A stretch of 63,580 bases of DNA, filler included, from Globobulimina sp. (GCA_003354225.1; 48 parts of 48 records of this genome joined end to end with filler, not necessarily neighbours in it); one strand, 5' to 3'. Numbered from the whole stretch's first letter, positions 23,891 to 37,625 are shown. Notes: generated from the letters alone by a model not told the origin. A program made the numbers and translations.

Positions 23891-24892
23891 AATATAGCAG
23901 CGCTTATAAATGAATGTACAATTTCAAGCTTAAGTATTGAAATATTTGATAAACAAAAATTGTCAGATATTACACAAGTCTGTCAAGTCATGCAATTAAT
24001 CAATGATAAGTCAGGCATATATATTAATATTGATATCGATAAAATGAAATCGGATTTTTATAAAGAATACGATGAATTGGTACAGCGGACAAAGCATATT
24101 ATAAACACAATAAATAACAGTGAATTATATTGGAAACAATTATTGGATTATTTGGTATGTTTAAAAGCAACATGTACGCAAGAATTCAATTCATTAAAAC
24201 AGCAATCTTTCCGGCAACAAAATGAAATCAGTGCATTGAAGGAAGAATTACATACGAAATCAATGGAATTGGCTGTTTCTACAGATGCGATTCTCAAATA
24301 TAAAAATGAAGTGATTGCTATGAAAGCGGAGTTGGATGGGAAGGATAATGAAATAATTGAATTACGGGAGCGAATGCGAGGATTAATTGGCCATGGAGTA
24401 AATGCAGAAATGCAACAAATTAAACATCAAACAAAGATAAATCAAATGGAAATGGAGCTAAACGTAGCAATAAATGATCTTCATTCTGTTCAGAACGGAA
24501 TGGATGTTCAACAAGAAAAGAATCGAGAAACAATCAGTAAATTAACAGGAAAAATGTGCCAATATAAATCACGAAATCACGAATTGAAATTAAAACTTGG
24601 ATTTTTAGAAAAGTCTCTAGGAGATTTATCAAACTTATATCCGCGAAAAATATCTGTAAGAAATGAGGCTCATTTCTTAAATCGTATGGATAATACTCAG
24701 TTATTAAAAGAGATAGAAAAATTGCGTGGATCTCTTCAAACAAAAGACTTGGAACTCTTCAAACAGAAAGCAAGTAATGATGCGATGAACGACGAATTAA
24801 AATTATCACAAGACATTGTCAAGAATTATAAAGATGAATTAAATGCATTTATGAATAAAACAAACTCTTTTGTCCAACAACAATTATTATAA
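23891..24892 (+). CDS. Coiled-coil protein, 5'-truncated
   Basis: ORF of over 300 aa with a heptad pattern. Confidence 0.7.
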   Translation, partial: NIAALINECTISSLSIEIFDKQKLSDITQVCQVMQLINDKSGIYINIDIDKMKSDFYKEYDELVQRTKHIINTINNSELYWKQLLDYLVCLKATCTQEFNSLKQQSFRQQNEISALKEELHTKSMELAVSTDAILKYKNEVIAMKAELDGKDNEIIELRERMRGLIGHGVNAEMQQIKHQTKINQMEMELNVAINDLHSVQNGMDVQQEKNRETISKLTGKMCQYKSRNHELKLKLGFLEKSLGDLSNLYPRKISVRNEAHFLNRMDNTQLLKEIEKLRGSLQTKDLELFKQKASNDAMNDELKLSQDIVKNYKDELNAFMNKTNSFVQQQLL

Positions 24893-25374
24893 ATATCGCT
24901 AACAAATGATATTTGAAAGTATACCGTATGCATCGTCCTATAGATAATGATCAGGATCACGATTGAGATACGCATGAGTTTCTCCTTCTATAGGATTTAT
25001 CGAATCCGATAGTGCGAGATCAGTTTGGAGTGTAGCACACTTCGACGGTTTCGAGATAGGGGGTGAGGTAGCCGGACCCGACCAGGCGGGCGCGCCACTG
25101 GATGAACCGCGCCGCCGNNNNNNNNNNNNNNNNNNNNNNNNNNNNNNNNNNNNNNNNNNNNTTAATTAATTAANNNNNNNNNNNNNNNNNNNNNNNNNNN
25201 NNNNNNNNNNNNNNNNNGAAAAATTCGATAAAAACAATGCAAGTCTAATAGTTGAATGTCAAGGAATTGGGTTTCAAAATAAATTTGTCGTTTGATTCTT
25301 ATTGGTTTTCACAATATATTTTTAATATTAATTATTTCACTTACTTTTTCACTTTAAAAACAATACCAAACAAA

Positions 25375-26298
25375 ATGGCCAGCCAAGACCAGATAATCAA
25401 ACTTATCCTAATCTGGCAGCAGAGACAGGTCCAGTTATCAAATGTGAGTACCTCATGGACAATCAGCGAATTGAAAGTATATATTTGTGATCAAGAGGGT
25501 GGAAATCCGGCCAGATGGTTTCAGTTTAAGATTTAATGGGAAGATGTTGAATGATGGCCGAAAATTGAGAGAGTACGGTATTGCAAATGGATCGCAGATC
25601 CAGGCTGTGATGCGACTGCGAGGTGGAGGAGGATCGGATGAAAAGAAGCAAGAGAATGAAGGTGGTGACGAACGAAAGGCATTTTTAGCTGAGTCGGCCA
25701 GAAAAAAACAACATTATAACCAATTTACGTCATTAAGCGATTACGCAAATTCGACAGCAAACCCAGATCAAATAAGTGGCAGCATATTAGTGCAAGATCC
25801 GCATTTTGTACTGACCTTAAATGATTTAAGCGATTTCGGTGTAGGTAGTAATAACTCAGCTGTCGGATAGCCGGCGTTGTGTTGTATATGAAAGATGGGC
25901 AAAAGAAATGGAAATGTAACGGGAGAAGCTGCCGAATGGGGTATATTATCGTGAAACAAACGAATAAGATAAGTTCGTTGACATCAAAGCATGGCGCAAT
26001 TCATGGCAAAGTGTATAAATCCGTATTTAATGAGGAAGCAGACGGCATTGTTGGCTCTGGCTTTTCCAGATCTGGTGGAGTATGGAAATGGGGCTCTGGC
26101 TCCTTTAACGGAGGGGGTACCAATAATGCTCAGGGTGCCGATAAATATCATGGTGGTTCCACTATAAATCATGGTTGTGGATCTACTATGAATCAGGTTG
26201 AATCAAAATGGATTGAGAAGGCTATTAAAAATTGGTGGCAGACCGGCAATCAAAATATAAATATTGATGAAAGTCTCGTCATTTTCAAAAATAACTAG
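25375..26298 (+). CDS. Ubiquitin-like domain fused to an unknown Gly-rich domain, with two single-base frameshifts
   Basis: Removing one A near 25504 and adding one A near 25867 gives MASQDQ...DQEGGIRPDGFSLRFNGKMLNDGRKLREYGI...MRLRGG...SAVGIAGVVLYMKDG. Confidence 0.75.
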
Positions 26299-26544
26299 TG
26301 ATGCTGTGTAATATCATTCAATGAGCGAAATATTGTTCACTCATTAAATGTGTTTGTTTTGTTTAGTTGGTTTATATAAGACCACGTGTTTAATTTCAAT
26401 TAAATCTATCATTTCTTTTCATATTATACTGAAATTTCGAGAATNNNNNNNNNNNNNNNNNNNNNNNNNNNNNNNNNNNNNNNNNNNNTTAATTAATTAA
26501 NNNNNNNNNNNNNNNNNNNNNNNNNNNNNNNNNNNNNNNNNNNN

Positions 26545-27536
26545 GCCAACATATTTGTATTTATTTAGAGATTTGTCAATATGAAAAAGCGGAAAAATAT
26601 GCAATTAATATTACAAAATATTTAGACAAATTACAAAGGCGAGAAAAAAAGACACAGCTTATAATTATAAGAAATCAAATAATATTTCATGGTTATTTAT
26701 GTCTCATCAATTCAATAAATACTGCAAAAATCCAGAGATATACAAATTGTCGAATATAATAAACAAAATATATAAAAAATATGAACAATTAATTAAAAAG
26801 TACAGACACTATGTTTGTGATAAAGAGATTCATCCAAATGTTGATTTAAAGCAAACAGTTTATTTCATGAAGATTTGTTTTGTAAAGTTATGCTGTAAAA
26901 CAAAGTATATGTCACAAAATATTGAATGTAATCAAATTTGTAAAATGTTGCTGAAATCAATTAATTTAAAGCTTGTTGCAACTTCATTGGGGACAGAAAG
27001 TTTGGTCCAAAATCATATGACGACGCATGATACGAATAGATGTATAATATCTATATGTAATGCTTATATCTTAGGAATAATTGTTAAAATTAATGGACCA
27101 ATGACTCCAAATATTTTGCAATTGGATGGAACTGCTAATTTTTATTTTAAGCTATGCTTATTATTGGCACAAAAATGTATTTGCACAGCATTCGAGAGTT
27201 ATCATGCATCCATTTGTACCGTTATCATATTATCATATTGGTTTGAACGCATTCAATGACAAATTATACCAAATTGCTGCCAAATTTTTGAAAAAATCTA
27301 TGAAAATTACAAATGATTTAACATTGATTAGAAATCATTGTAAGAAAGTAATTAAAAAAAGCAAAGCAAAATGGGCAAAACAAAGATGTTGTTACTGTCA
27401 ATTTCAAAATATTGCAATTGGTATAAATGGATCACAGCTAAGATGTAAATGTTGCAAAGGATGTGGCTGCGCATTTTATTGTAGTAAAAAATGTCAGAAA
27501 ATGCATTGGAAAACAACACATAGGTATCGATGCTAA
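26545..27536 (+). pseudogene. Zn-finger MYND protein, frameshifted
   Basis: CCYC...CKGC...FYCSKKCQKMHWKTTHRYRC; the coding signal is spread over three frames. Confidence 0.75.
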
Positions 27537-27871
27537 AAAGTGTGGTGCGAGTTTATCAATATGTTGTAATGTGGTCACTGTCTTGCGATTTCATGAAGTA
27601 ATTAACACAATTATTACTATTTTCGATGCCATCTTGTGGGTCCGAAAAACTAAAATAAAAAACACTGTACAAACAAGGAACACTGTACAAAAAACACTGT
27701 ACAAACAAATAATAAATCGCAATAAACGGCCACTGTCACACATGTGTAACTTCATTGTCACCCTCATATAANNNNNNNNNNNNNNNNNNNNNNNNNNNNN
27801 NNNNNNNNNNNNNNNTTAATTAATTAANNNNNNNNNNNNNNNNNNNNNNNNNNNNNNNNNNNNNNNNNNNN

Positions 27872-28297
27872 TCAAGGTTTTTGTTAAATCACTGCAAAAC
27901 TGACTGTGATAATCGGCGTATAATTCTCTTCACCGACTCCATGACCAACTTTGTCTCCCTCGTAGTTACCCCTTCAAACGTTAAAAAATTAACTTATTCT
28001 ACGTTATTCCGAGAAACACAGAAACATCTTATAAACACAAAAACGATTCTATGGAAGATAAAATCACACACCAAACCTAAACAACAAATATATAATTTAA
28101 TTGCAGATAGACTAGCATATATTGGCAGAATCCACCCCAACAATAGTAACCTAATCATACCCAGCATCAATTCTGTGCAATTTGCAAAATATAAAAGTTA
28201 CCATCTTCCGCCCGGATCCAGTCATGAATCCCTCTATAACCTCACGGAGATGTTCCAGCAATCCGTGAGCCTGGAATCGGACTTACGTCCTGATTGA
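27872..28297 (+). mobile_element. RNase H domain, 3' end of a retroelement ORF
   Basis: LFTDS, WKIKSH and YNLIADRLA match RNase HI motifs. Confidence 0.8.
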
Positions 28298-29198
28298 ATT
28301 TTGCCTCACTACTCAGACTCTGTAAATTAATAGTTAACGAGCATGGCGACCAACCATAAGCCTATCAGTCTATCTCCTTGATTTTGTGGTTGATTTATCC
28401 ATCTTTCGTATGATTTTTGAATTTCTGATTACTTTATAATATCTTAACTGAGTCTGAAAAAGCTATATGATTTTAATACATATTTTATGCAATATTTAAT
28501 TTCCCCATTCATCATCATCATTATTGTCTCTTTCAGCATAAATAGGGAACGCAATACGAGAAGAATCCAACATTTCGAGAATTCAATAGTTTCGTATTGA
28601 AATATTTTCTGTTTTTTTTATGATGATTTATTACACTTCATATGTTTTTCGTGAATGAAATAATAAATATCTTTTGACCGAGAACCAACAATCTGAATAT
28701 GACATCATTTGCATTTTATTTTTTTCAATAATTTTTGTACATTATATAGGTTCGGGCATTGATAATAGTGCGGATCTGATGAATTAACACTGATTAATGT
28801 GCTGTGCTGCTGAATGAAGTTTACTATTTCTGTTTGTATACTTTGTAGCCATTAAAATGTGTATCAAATATACGAATTATGAATGTGGATAGGTTTTGAT
28901 TTACCAGATGGCTTAAATTATTTTTTTAGTGTAAACTGTACTGGTACCAATTGGCTGCTTTTTATTTGATGGCTTGCGAATTATGTCAGTTTTTGTACAT
29001 TATATAGCTTCAATTCGCACAAATCAATCATTGGTCGGCAGAAAGTTTAGTATTGGTAACAATTGATTTGTTTTTAATGATGATTCGTTTCGCAAGCTNN
29101 NNNNNNNNNNNNNNNNNNNNNNNNNNNNNNNNNNNNNNNNNNTTAATTAATTAANNNNNNNNNNNNNNNNNNNNNNNNNNNNNNNNNNNNNNNNNNNN

Positions 29199-30367
29199 TC
29201 GATTAAAATACCCAATAAACGGCGGTATAATAAATAACTGGAATGATATGATTCAACTATGGCAACATTTGCATAACAATATATTACAAGTCAACACCTC
29301 CAATCATCCAATTTTAATCACGGAAGTACCGAAGAATCCAATCTCAAACAGAATACGAATGACACAGATTTATTTGGAATATTTCAACTCGCCCTCCATT
29401 TATTTTATATCCCCAAACATTCTTGCTTTGTTAAGTGCTTTTTGCTTTTCTTTTTTATGTCCAATGAGTGCGAGGATCGGATGCAATATATATCAGATAT
29501 GCCACCGGTCGCTTATCCGGCTGTGTCTTTGACAGTGGTTTTGGTGTCACCTCATGTGTGCCCATCATCGATGGCTATTCCATACCAAATGCAATCACCA
29601 GGATGGACATTGGCGGTTATAATATCACCAAATACCTAAGCAAAATATTAACAAAATATGGGGATTATAATTTTAAAACTTCGTCAGAGTTACAAACAGT
29701 TCGCATCATCAAAGAGAAGGAATGCATCTTAGCAAATGCGTCAGTGGACACAATGGTAAATCCCGCATATCACAGTACGGGGATAATGGGCATAAATAGC
29801 TCAACGAATGGCAATTTATTGTCGAATAAGTTATCTTCGTTATCGGGCAAATTGGGCAGTTCTTTCCAGACGTTAGGACTATCAAAGAGTGGCTCCACGG
29901 GATCAAAGAGTGACAATTCGCCGCAATACACCTTGCCGGATGGCACGATCTTAGGTATTGGCAATACGCACGAAAGAGCGGCGGAAATATTGTTCCATCC
30001 CGAATTGATTGGTTATACCAAATGTCGCGGGATACAGTATTTATTGTTAAATTGCATTCGAAAATGTGATGTGAAGCAAAGGAATAAGTTATATGATTCT
30101 ATATATTTAACCGGCGGTAATTGTAATATTAAAAATTTTGGACAGAGATTGGTGAATGAATTAAAGAAAAAGGTTTATGATAAAAAAAATAATAAAAATA
30201 TTAAGATAAAGTCACATGTTGTTACCAAAGCAAATGAGAAACATTTAATCCCATTTATAGGCGGTACTTTACTTGCTTCTAATTCGCTATTTCAACAATT
30301 AGCTATTACAAAGGAACAATTTGATGAGTATGGTGCAAGTGTATTGTTTAGAAGATCTTTGTGTTGA
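29199..30367 (+). CDS. Actin-related protein with a Ser/Gly-rich insertion, intron 29430-29496, 5'-truncated
   Basis: LKYPI..G.I.NWNDM, HPILITE, spliced LALYATGR, DSGFGVT, YTLPDG, FIGGTLLAS. Confidence 0.92.
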
Positions 30368-30525
30368 CTCTGGTTTTTTTTTTATAGTGTCGTGTCATTT
30401 CAAAAAACGCTTTTTCGGTCGATCANNNNNNNNNNNNNNNNNNNNNNNNNNNNNNNNNNNNNNNNNNNNTTAATTAATTAANNNNNNNNNNNNNNNNNNN
30501 NNNNNNNNNNNNNNNNNNNNNNNNN

Positions 30526-30751
30526 ATTCGGTGTAAGTCACTGCGTCTTTGACAACATTTTCTAAGAAGGTCTTAATTACAGATCGCGATTCATCATAAA
30601 TCTGGCCAGAGATCCTTTTGACTCCACCTCTTCGCGCTAAACGTGTGATGGCTGGTTTTGTAATTCCAGCAATATTTCCTTTTCCTCCTTTTCTGAAACG
30701 TTTGGCACCGCCTTTTCCCAAACCTTTGCCTCCTTTACCACGACCTGACAT
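30526..30751 (-). CDS. H4: Histone H4, divergent, 3'-truncated
   Basis: [18 protein letters not shown]...[13 protein letters not shown]. Confidence 0.97.
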
Positions 30752-31312
30752 TATTGATTTATTAATAAATTAAAGTAAAATGGAATATATTATAATATTA
30801 ATATGAATATGAAAGAGATTGATGTTGTTTTTGGTGAAGAAATGACAATTGCAAATACATGACATATTATATCATAATTCCCAATATGTTGCTCGTCAAT
30901 AATTAGAAACGAATTTCTATTTTAGTGGTCACATCAATCACAACTCGCTAAGTTGCATTTGGTGTCTCATTTGAATTAATATTGCAATTGAATCCATTCT
31001 CAATGACATCATCATTGAATCATATCATATCATATCATATCAAGTCGATTGTACATCCTTCAATTGATAAACTATCCACTGATTCCACTCCATAATTTAA
31101 CAAATATAATTTAGCGCCAACACCAACATTTGTTATATTTAGATCCAGATCAAAGTGACTTGAAAGTGTGCTATCTGATGTACATGACATGGAGGGTATG
31201 TGCCATGTTTTTGATTGTCATGTGATCAGCAAAAATCCATAATGTATACAGATACTAAGCATACAAATCATTTACTAGTAATTCTCAAATTGAATAATAT
31301 AATATTCTGAAA

Positions 31313-31337
31313 TTGGTGGTGTTGAAAAACACCTGGT
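31313..31337 (-). promoter_or_regulatory. Histone mRNA 3' stem-loop
   Basis: ACCA-GGTGTT-TTTC-AACACC-ACCAA about 45 nt after the H2A stop: 6-bp stem, 4-nt loop, ACCA tail. Confidence 0.85.
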
Positions 31338-31380
31338 AAAAAATAAAATAATTATATACAAAAAAAATTAAATGCTGATT

Positions 31381-31752
31381 TTAGTTTTTCTTTTTTCCTT
31401 TTTTTTCTGGCAATAAGGCAGCATTAATATTTGGTAAGACGCCGCCTGACGCAATAATAGCATTTCCAAAGAATTGGTTCAATTCATCATCATTACGAAC
31501 AGCTAACTGAATATGTCTTGGGATGATTCGCAATTTCTTATTATCTTTGGCAGCATTGCCGGCCAATTCCAATACTTCAGCCACAATATATTCTAAAACA
31601 GCTGCCATATAAACGGGTGCGGCGCCACCAACTCTTTTGGAATAACCTCCTTTCCGCAAATAACGGGCTAAGCGACCAACTGGGAATTGTAAACCTGCTC
31701 TGGCTGAACGGGACACTTGTTTTCCTTTTCCTTTTCCTTTGCCTCTGCCTCG
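31381..31752 (-). CDS. H2A: Histone H2A, 5'-truncated
   Basis: [14 protein letters not shown]...[12 protein letters not shown]...GGVLPNI. Confidence 0.98.
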   Translation of the reverse strand, partial: RGRGKGKGKGKQVSRSARAGLQFPVGRLARYLRKGGYSKRVGGAAPVYMAAVLEYIVAEVLELAGNAAKDNKKLRIIPRHIQLAVRNDDELNQFFGNAIIASGGVLPNINAALLPEKKGKKKN

Positions 31753-31852
31753 NNNNNNNNNNNNNNNNNNNNNNNNNNNNNNNNNNNNNNNNNNNNTTAA
31801 TTAATTAANNNNNNNNNNNNNNNNNNNNNNNNNNNNNNNNNNNNNNNNNNNN

Positions 31853-33079
31853 TGATGATGGCGATTACAGATGGATGTTTGAAATAGAAAATTCGCTCGA
31901 AGGTATAGTGTAATATTTTATTGTGTATCCGTTTCTTACAACAATTATACTCACATTACAGTATATTTTAAATCATCAAAGACAAACGACTACTGTTTTA
32001 TTATTTTTTTCCAGGCAAAATGATCGGTGAATCCATAGTGGACGAAAATGATGATGATCATGATGAAGAAGATGATGATGAACAGTGGTTTTTGGAGGAA
32101 GAATGGGCACAAAGAGGTAAGATAATTTCAAAATTTTCAAAATTTTTCGAAGTCTGTATCCTGGTTAAAAATCTTGGTTTTACATGGTGCATAAAGTATA
32201 CCTAATAATGTTTGCAATTTATCATATAACCAATTACAGGTGCAGGCGAAGTAGTGCCAGATGCCGAAGTCCCAGGCCCGTCCCATCGTCGTGGTCGCGC
32301 AGTGGTGTCAGAGAAATATCAGCAAGAAGTCAAACGTTTCAAGACAACCGGCAAAGCGTATGATGTGAGATTTGAAGATCTGGATGAAGTGGAAGATGTT
32401 CAAGCTTTGGCCAGAGATACAATTCAGGTACTTTTTTCATATATTCTTTTGTTAATGAGATTTTGGCACCTAAATACCTACAGTAAAGCTACACTAAGTG
32501 ATTACTTACAGTAAAGCTACAGTAAGTGATTACTTACAGTAATGCAACAATGTATATAAATTAGTGAAAAGCTATGTTAAAACGCCTCCAGTGTTTGAAA
32601 TACTGAAAAAGGGCTTTCAAATTAGATAGTTCACATTTACACACAATCTGTAAGGTCACCCACCTTCTGTATATCATCATTCAATGTTAGTTCCACATTA
32701 TTATTATTATTATTGTACTTGATGTTGTCTTGGTGGTCTAAATGCAACTTTAATGTGTGCATCTATTTATCTTCAATGTTTTCAAATAAATTTTTCAAAA
32801 GAACTCAATTCTTCCAGCGCCAAATCGATGAAGCTTGCCAAAACGGACAACCTGGTGATTTGTTAGGTATTGAAATAAATCACCCAGCACTTGAGAGACC
32901 TGTCTTAATCCCTTTCCGTGACCAAGAAGAACAAGATGCCGATAAAGTTATCCATACAATTGAGCAAGTGGCTCAGTCCAAGACTGAATTCCGAGTTGAT
33001 GATGGATTTGTGATGAAATTTATTCATGTACAACCCCCCAGAGGTAGTGGTGCAGAAAGGACATTCCGTGGGAACTTTG
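31853..33079 (+). CDS. Four-exon fragment resembling the N-terminal region of Polinton/Maverick-type PolB
   Basis: GT-AG introns 31903-32014, 32117-32239 and 32428-32817 all splice in frame; GDLLGIEINHPALERPVLIPF...IEQVAQS...HVQPPRGSG. Confidence 0.6.
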
Positions 33080-33196
33080 NNNNNNNNNNNNNNNNNNNNN
33101 NNNNNNNNNNNNNNNNNNNNNNNTTAATTAATTAANNNNNNNNNNNNNNNNNNNNNNNNNNNNNNNNNNNNNNNNNNNNTACTTAATTTACTTGCA

Positions 33197-34406
33197 GTGG
33201 TTGTTATACATTTAAACTGTTTTACCGAGTCCCAAAATGAATGGAGAAGTGATTCATCGAGTTGGTGGCAATCAACATCAGATTTTTCACCAACACATGG
33301 CACAGCATTTGGTACATTACAATTACGTGATGCTTTATATATGCACTTTGATATAATATTCCATGGTCCAACACCGTCCGTTTGGCAAAATGTATTTCGT
33401 ATTGGATTTCAATCATCTAACGGTGACTGCGCACACCATAATAGTCGATATCCGTCACTGTGGATGCTACCAAACGTAAATAAATGGCATTTCAGTGTGT
33501 CAGAAACAGCGAATTGTGGTAAACAATGGGGATATCAGCCAGCTGCCATCATTGGATTGCAATATCGTGTTATCATTCATTATAACCAAGCCCATATATT
33601 AATATCTTTAAATGACATCATCTATGTCAACACCACCCGTACCTCTACAATGGCAGAATTAATAGGTAATGCAATGAATGTCTATATCAGCACCGATGAG
33701 CCAGGCTATTCAATTCCTGCTGCAAATGTTACAATGTCCAATATTGTCATTGTATCATATTGGAATAATCAAAGTTTTACCTTTCCGCCCACACTTTCAC
33801 CTACAAATCCTCCTTCTATCCACCCCACAAAACATCCATCCAATTCACCTACGTCGCCTTCTATAAATCCAACAACTTATCCTACCAACGTTTAGATATA
33901 TATTTCATTTAATATTCATTTATATATATACATTATATACATATATTGTATACATATAGGAACCAACCAAGTATCCAACAATAAACCCCACCGCAGTTCT
34001 GTAATCTGTATTGCATACTGTTTCTGTTTCTGTATACAACAATATCCATTCTATGAAAACAGGATCCAACAACAGTACCATCAGTACAACCGACAACATA
34101 TACAAGCTATAATCCAACAATATTTACATCGACATCAGATTATGCACACAACGCTGTGACTAAACAAATGCAAGCCATTGATCCTGTGATTACCATCATG
34201 GTTGAAAGTATGTACATTATGTTTCTGTATGTTTCTAGAATACATCGTACACATATTTTGAATATAGATTTAATATATATTGGTATTGCTTTGCTAGCTT
34301 GTTTAGCAATAAGTTGTCCTGCAGTTATTTTTTGGATATGCTGTTATGCCAAAACAATGGGTACGCGGAGTGAACAGAATAAGGACAAAGATAGCGACAA
34401 AGAGCT
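33197..34406 (+). CDS. Lectin/LamG-like domain plus PT repeats and a TM segment; multi-exon, partial
   Basis: Beta-rich domain, PT repeats, and a later hydrophobic exon; exon boundaries uncertain. Confidence 0.6.
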
Positions 34407-36699
34407 NNNNNNNNNNNNNNNNNNNNNNNNNNNNNNNNNNNNNNNNNNNNTTAATTAATTAANNNNNNNNNNNNNNNNNNNNNNNNNNNNNNNNNNNNNN
34501 NNNNNNAAAATTAATGGTAAACGGGTCGTTTCTCTAAACAACAGTTTTGGTGAATTCTACAAAGCCAAGTTATATAATTACAGCTAATCGTTGCATTTAC
34601 AGTACCTAAATATATTCATGTGTCATATCTATGGGTGTAGAATACTCTACTACCCTGGTTCCAAAGACTCCTGTAATCATAAGATACTTGCGTTCAAACT
34701 TTTCTGGCAGTTTATTAGCCTAAAGTTACACAAAATCCAAGCGTGCCAAACCGAAACATGGCTAATCGATGCTATGCACAAAGCACGCCAATCTCTCCGA
34801 GGTCGTCCCTATCCCTAGTCAAAAGGGCTCCGACCATTGGCTTTTTCATTGGACCTATCTCTAATGGTTCAAACTAAGTGGTACTTTTGGAGCTCAACCT
34901 ATTCGTTTGCTATTGCATTCGTTTTGCTTTGACTTCTTATCCACTTTTCATCCCAACAGTCCACATCTGGACTATTAAATTCATTTGATATCAAGTAATT
35001 GCTACATACATTTAAGGTCTAGCATTGCTATAAACAGCTACAGTGTGGTTATAACCGTTATCACTAGCTGAACCTTGGGAGCTGCTGAATACGGCAATAG
35101 CACCAAGTGTATTATTATCTTAAAAGATAAATTTGAATTCTGATATCAAATAAAAAGCCATTTTGAGATTGCTATTTTTTAAACAATTAACTGAGAGCTG
35201 GTGTATACGCCAATAGCCTCAGAATACATAAATAACATAAAATCATGACTTCTCCTATAAAGGAAATGAGTACGGAAAATATGAACGTCTCTAGACAAAT
35301 GAGTACTGCACCTGAAGATGCCCTTGTGGGCGAAACCGGTCGTGCTTTAAGTCCTATGACTGGTGCTAATTTGCCTGGAGACAAAAATACTAGTGCACAA
35401 ATTTCAAATGTTTCTATGTCAATTTCAAAATTCCGTCCGAGCATCGGACTGTCAAAATCTCATGCTAAACGCACTACAAACAATGGCTTCAAAGCCCCTA
35501 AAAGATTGAACGTAAAGGGTTCAAGTGAGACCGTTGGTCCCCCGCCGTGCTCTGGCACAAATATTTCAATGTTTCGGCACAACCAATATTGTCTAAAGTT
35601 ATTTCTACCAGAATGCTTTCTCTTGCTTCTGACGTTCTAATCGAAAAGTATCCTTAGCATGAATAAAGTTTGTCTTCCCCAAGTCAAATAGTATTCTCGA
35701 TTTAGCTTCTGGAAAATCTTTAAAGGCTTTTGANNNNNNNNNNNNNNNNNNNNNNNNNNNNNNNNNNNNNNNNNNNNTTAATTAATTAANNNNNNNNNNN
35801 NNNNNNNNNNNNNNNNNNNNNNNNNNNNNNNNNGTTTGCCTTCGTTTCTCAGAAACAATAAAAATCTGACGCTGAAAACCTGATGCTCTTTTAAAAAAAT
35901 GCAGTGTTTCATATTCACTGTGTCAGAAATTATATTTTTAACAAAGAGATATTGATTGATTCATTGTTTTTTTCAATTTTAATTTGATTTAGATTTTGAA
36001 ATGTATGGCTATGCGATGGTGCTGTTAATAATTTGTACAAATAATCTAATGTATTCTGTGTGAAAATAAATCTATTTACAATATTTTCTTCACCTTTTTG
36101 CAAACATAAAATCTTTCAATATATCATATTCTGTAATTATAAGTTGATGATTTTTTGTAATATCAATCCGGATCGTTTTATCCCGGCCCAATTGCAACTA
36201 AAATAACGATCGAAACAATTGTTGTATATACCATACAATTCAACAAATTATCGCTTTATTTCTTGATTTTACACTACTTTGTTTCAAATTGCAGTTATTT
36301 TGCAATCTGTGATCAACCAATCAATTTTTAGATTAAATTTAAATCCAAATAATTCAAATCATATTATTTAGATTGAGAAAATTTATTTTGTAAATTATCA
36401 TAATTTAATACAGTACAATAGAATAACAATGCAATAATATGCTGCAAATCTACATAAAATGCAACGATGAACCAACAATTGATATAAATATTCGCTTTTG
36501 AATACACAGCATCCCACTCATGTTTTTCTGCAATTTTACATATAATATTTTCTAATAATTGTTCCGCCAATCATATTAACTGGAACATCCACAGGTGAAT
36601 TTGCAGCTAGAATTTGCAGAATGCGCGCTGCAAAACATTAATTAATTCACTAAACTAAAAGTTTTGCCTTGACAAACATCTTTGCATTGTATAATTACG

Positions 36700-36991
36700 A
36701 TGTCGTCGATCGAACAAGCAGATAAAGCGTTGGCAAGATATTACAAACAACATGACACTGCCTACTTCGACAACGAAGGCAATGGCAAATTCCAAAGCTG
36801 GGCTGATGACAATGGATTTGATACAGATCTGATTGAAGAAGAATTCGATCTCGACGATGTTGCTGACTCTACCTTAACTGACGTCGACGACAATTTCCCA
36901 GGCGACTTGGAACCCGAACAAATCATTGCAATATTAAAGAAATGCTGGACTGACAAAGATGCATACACCAACCAAGTAGCACCATTGCAAG
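36700..36991 (+). CDS. Hypothetical acidic protein, first exon
   Basis: MSSIEQADKALARYY...; probable donor AAG|GTAC. Confidence 0.55.
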
Positions 36992-37160
36992 GTACATACA
37001 CACCACATTCACGTACTATACACATACATTTTTATACATATATACTATATACACAGTGACNNNNNNNNNNNNNNNNNNNNNNNNNNNNNNNNNNNNNNNN
37101 NNNNTTAATTAATTAANNNNNNNNNNNNNNNNNNNNNNNNNNNNNNNNNNNNNNNNNNNN

Positions 37161-37625
37161 GCTATAGCCGAGTCCGAGTAAGTAGACCCGGCAATAAACA
37201 CGTTATTAACGCTATCCACCGTGCAGTCATTCAAAATATCATCTTGAGTACCACCATAATATGTGGCCCAAAGTCTGATTCCATTCCCATTGAATTTAGC
37301 TAGAAAACCGTCAGATTTTCCCCCATAGTTGCTTTGATGGGATAATGATGTTGAAATTCCACCGGAAGAACTTGTATGACCAACTATGAACACATTGCTT
37401 TGCTGATCAAATGTGATGCTTTTCGCCCCATCACGGAGACTCCCACCGTAATAGGTTGCCCATAAAATTTGCCCCTCATTGTCGAACTTAGACAAAAATG
37501 CATCAGAATACGATCCGCTAATGGTTGTCTGATGACTTCCTGAAGTAACTATATAATCTAAAGAGGTTGTAGAACCACATATATAAACGTTATCGTCATT
37601 ATCCACATTAATATCAGCAGGAATC
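37161..37625 (-). CDS. SBBP/beta-propeller repeat protein fragment, bacterial-like
   Basis: Repeated DAFLSKFD...WATYYGG...VD..NNVFI.G.T units. Confidence 0.8.

Noticed and set aside
28777-28805. CTGATGA followed by an ATTAA/TTAAT hairpin as a second hammerhead
   Set aside because: The stem is followed by GTGC rather than GAAA, and no stems I or III were found.
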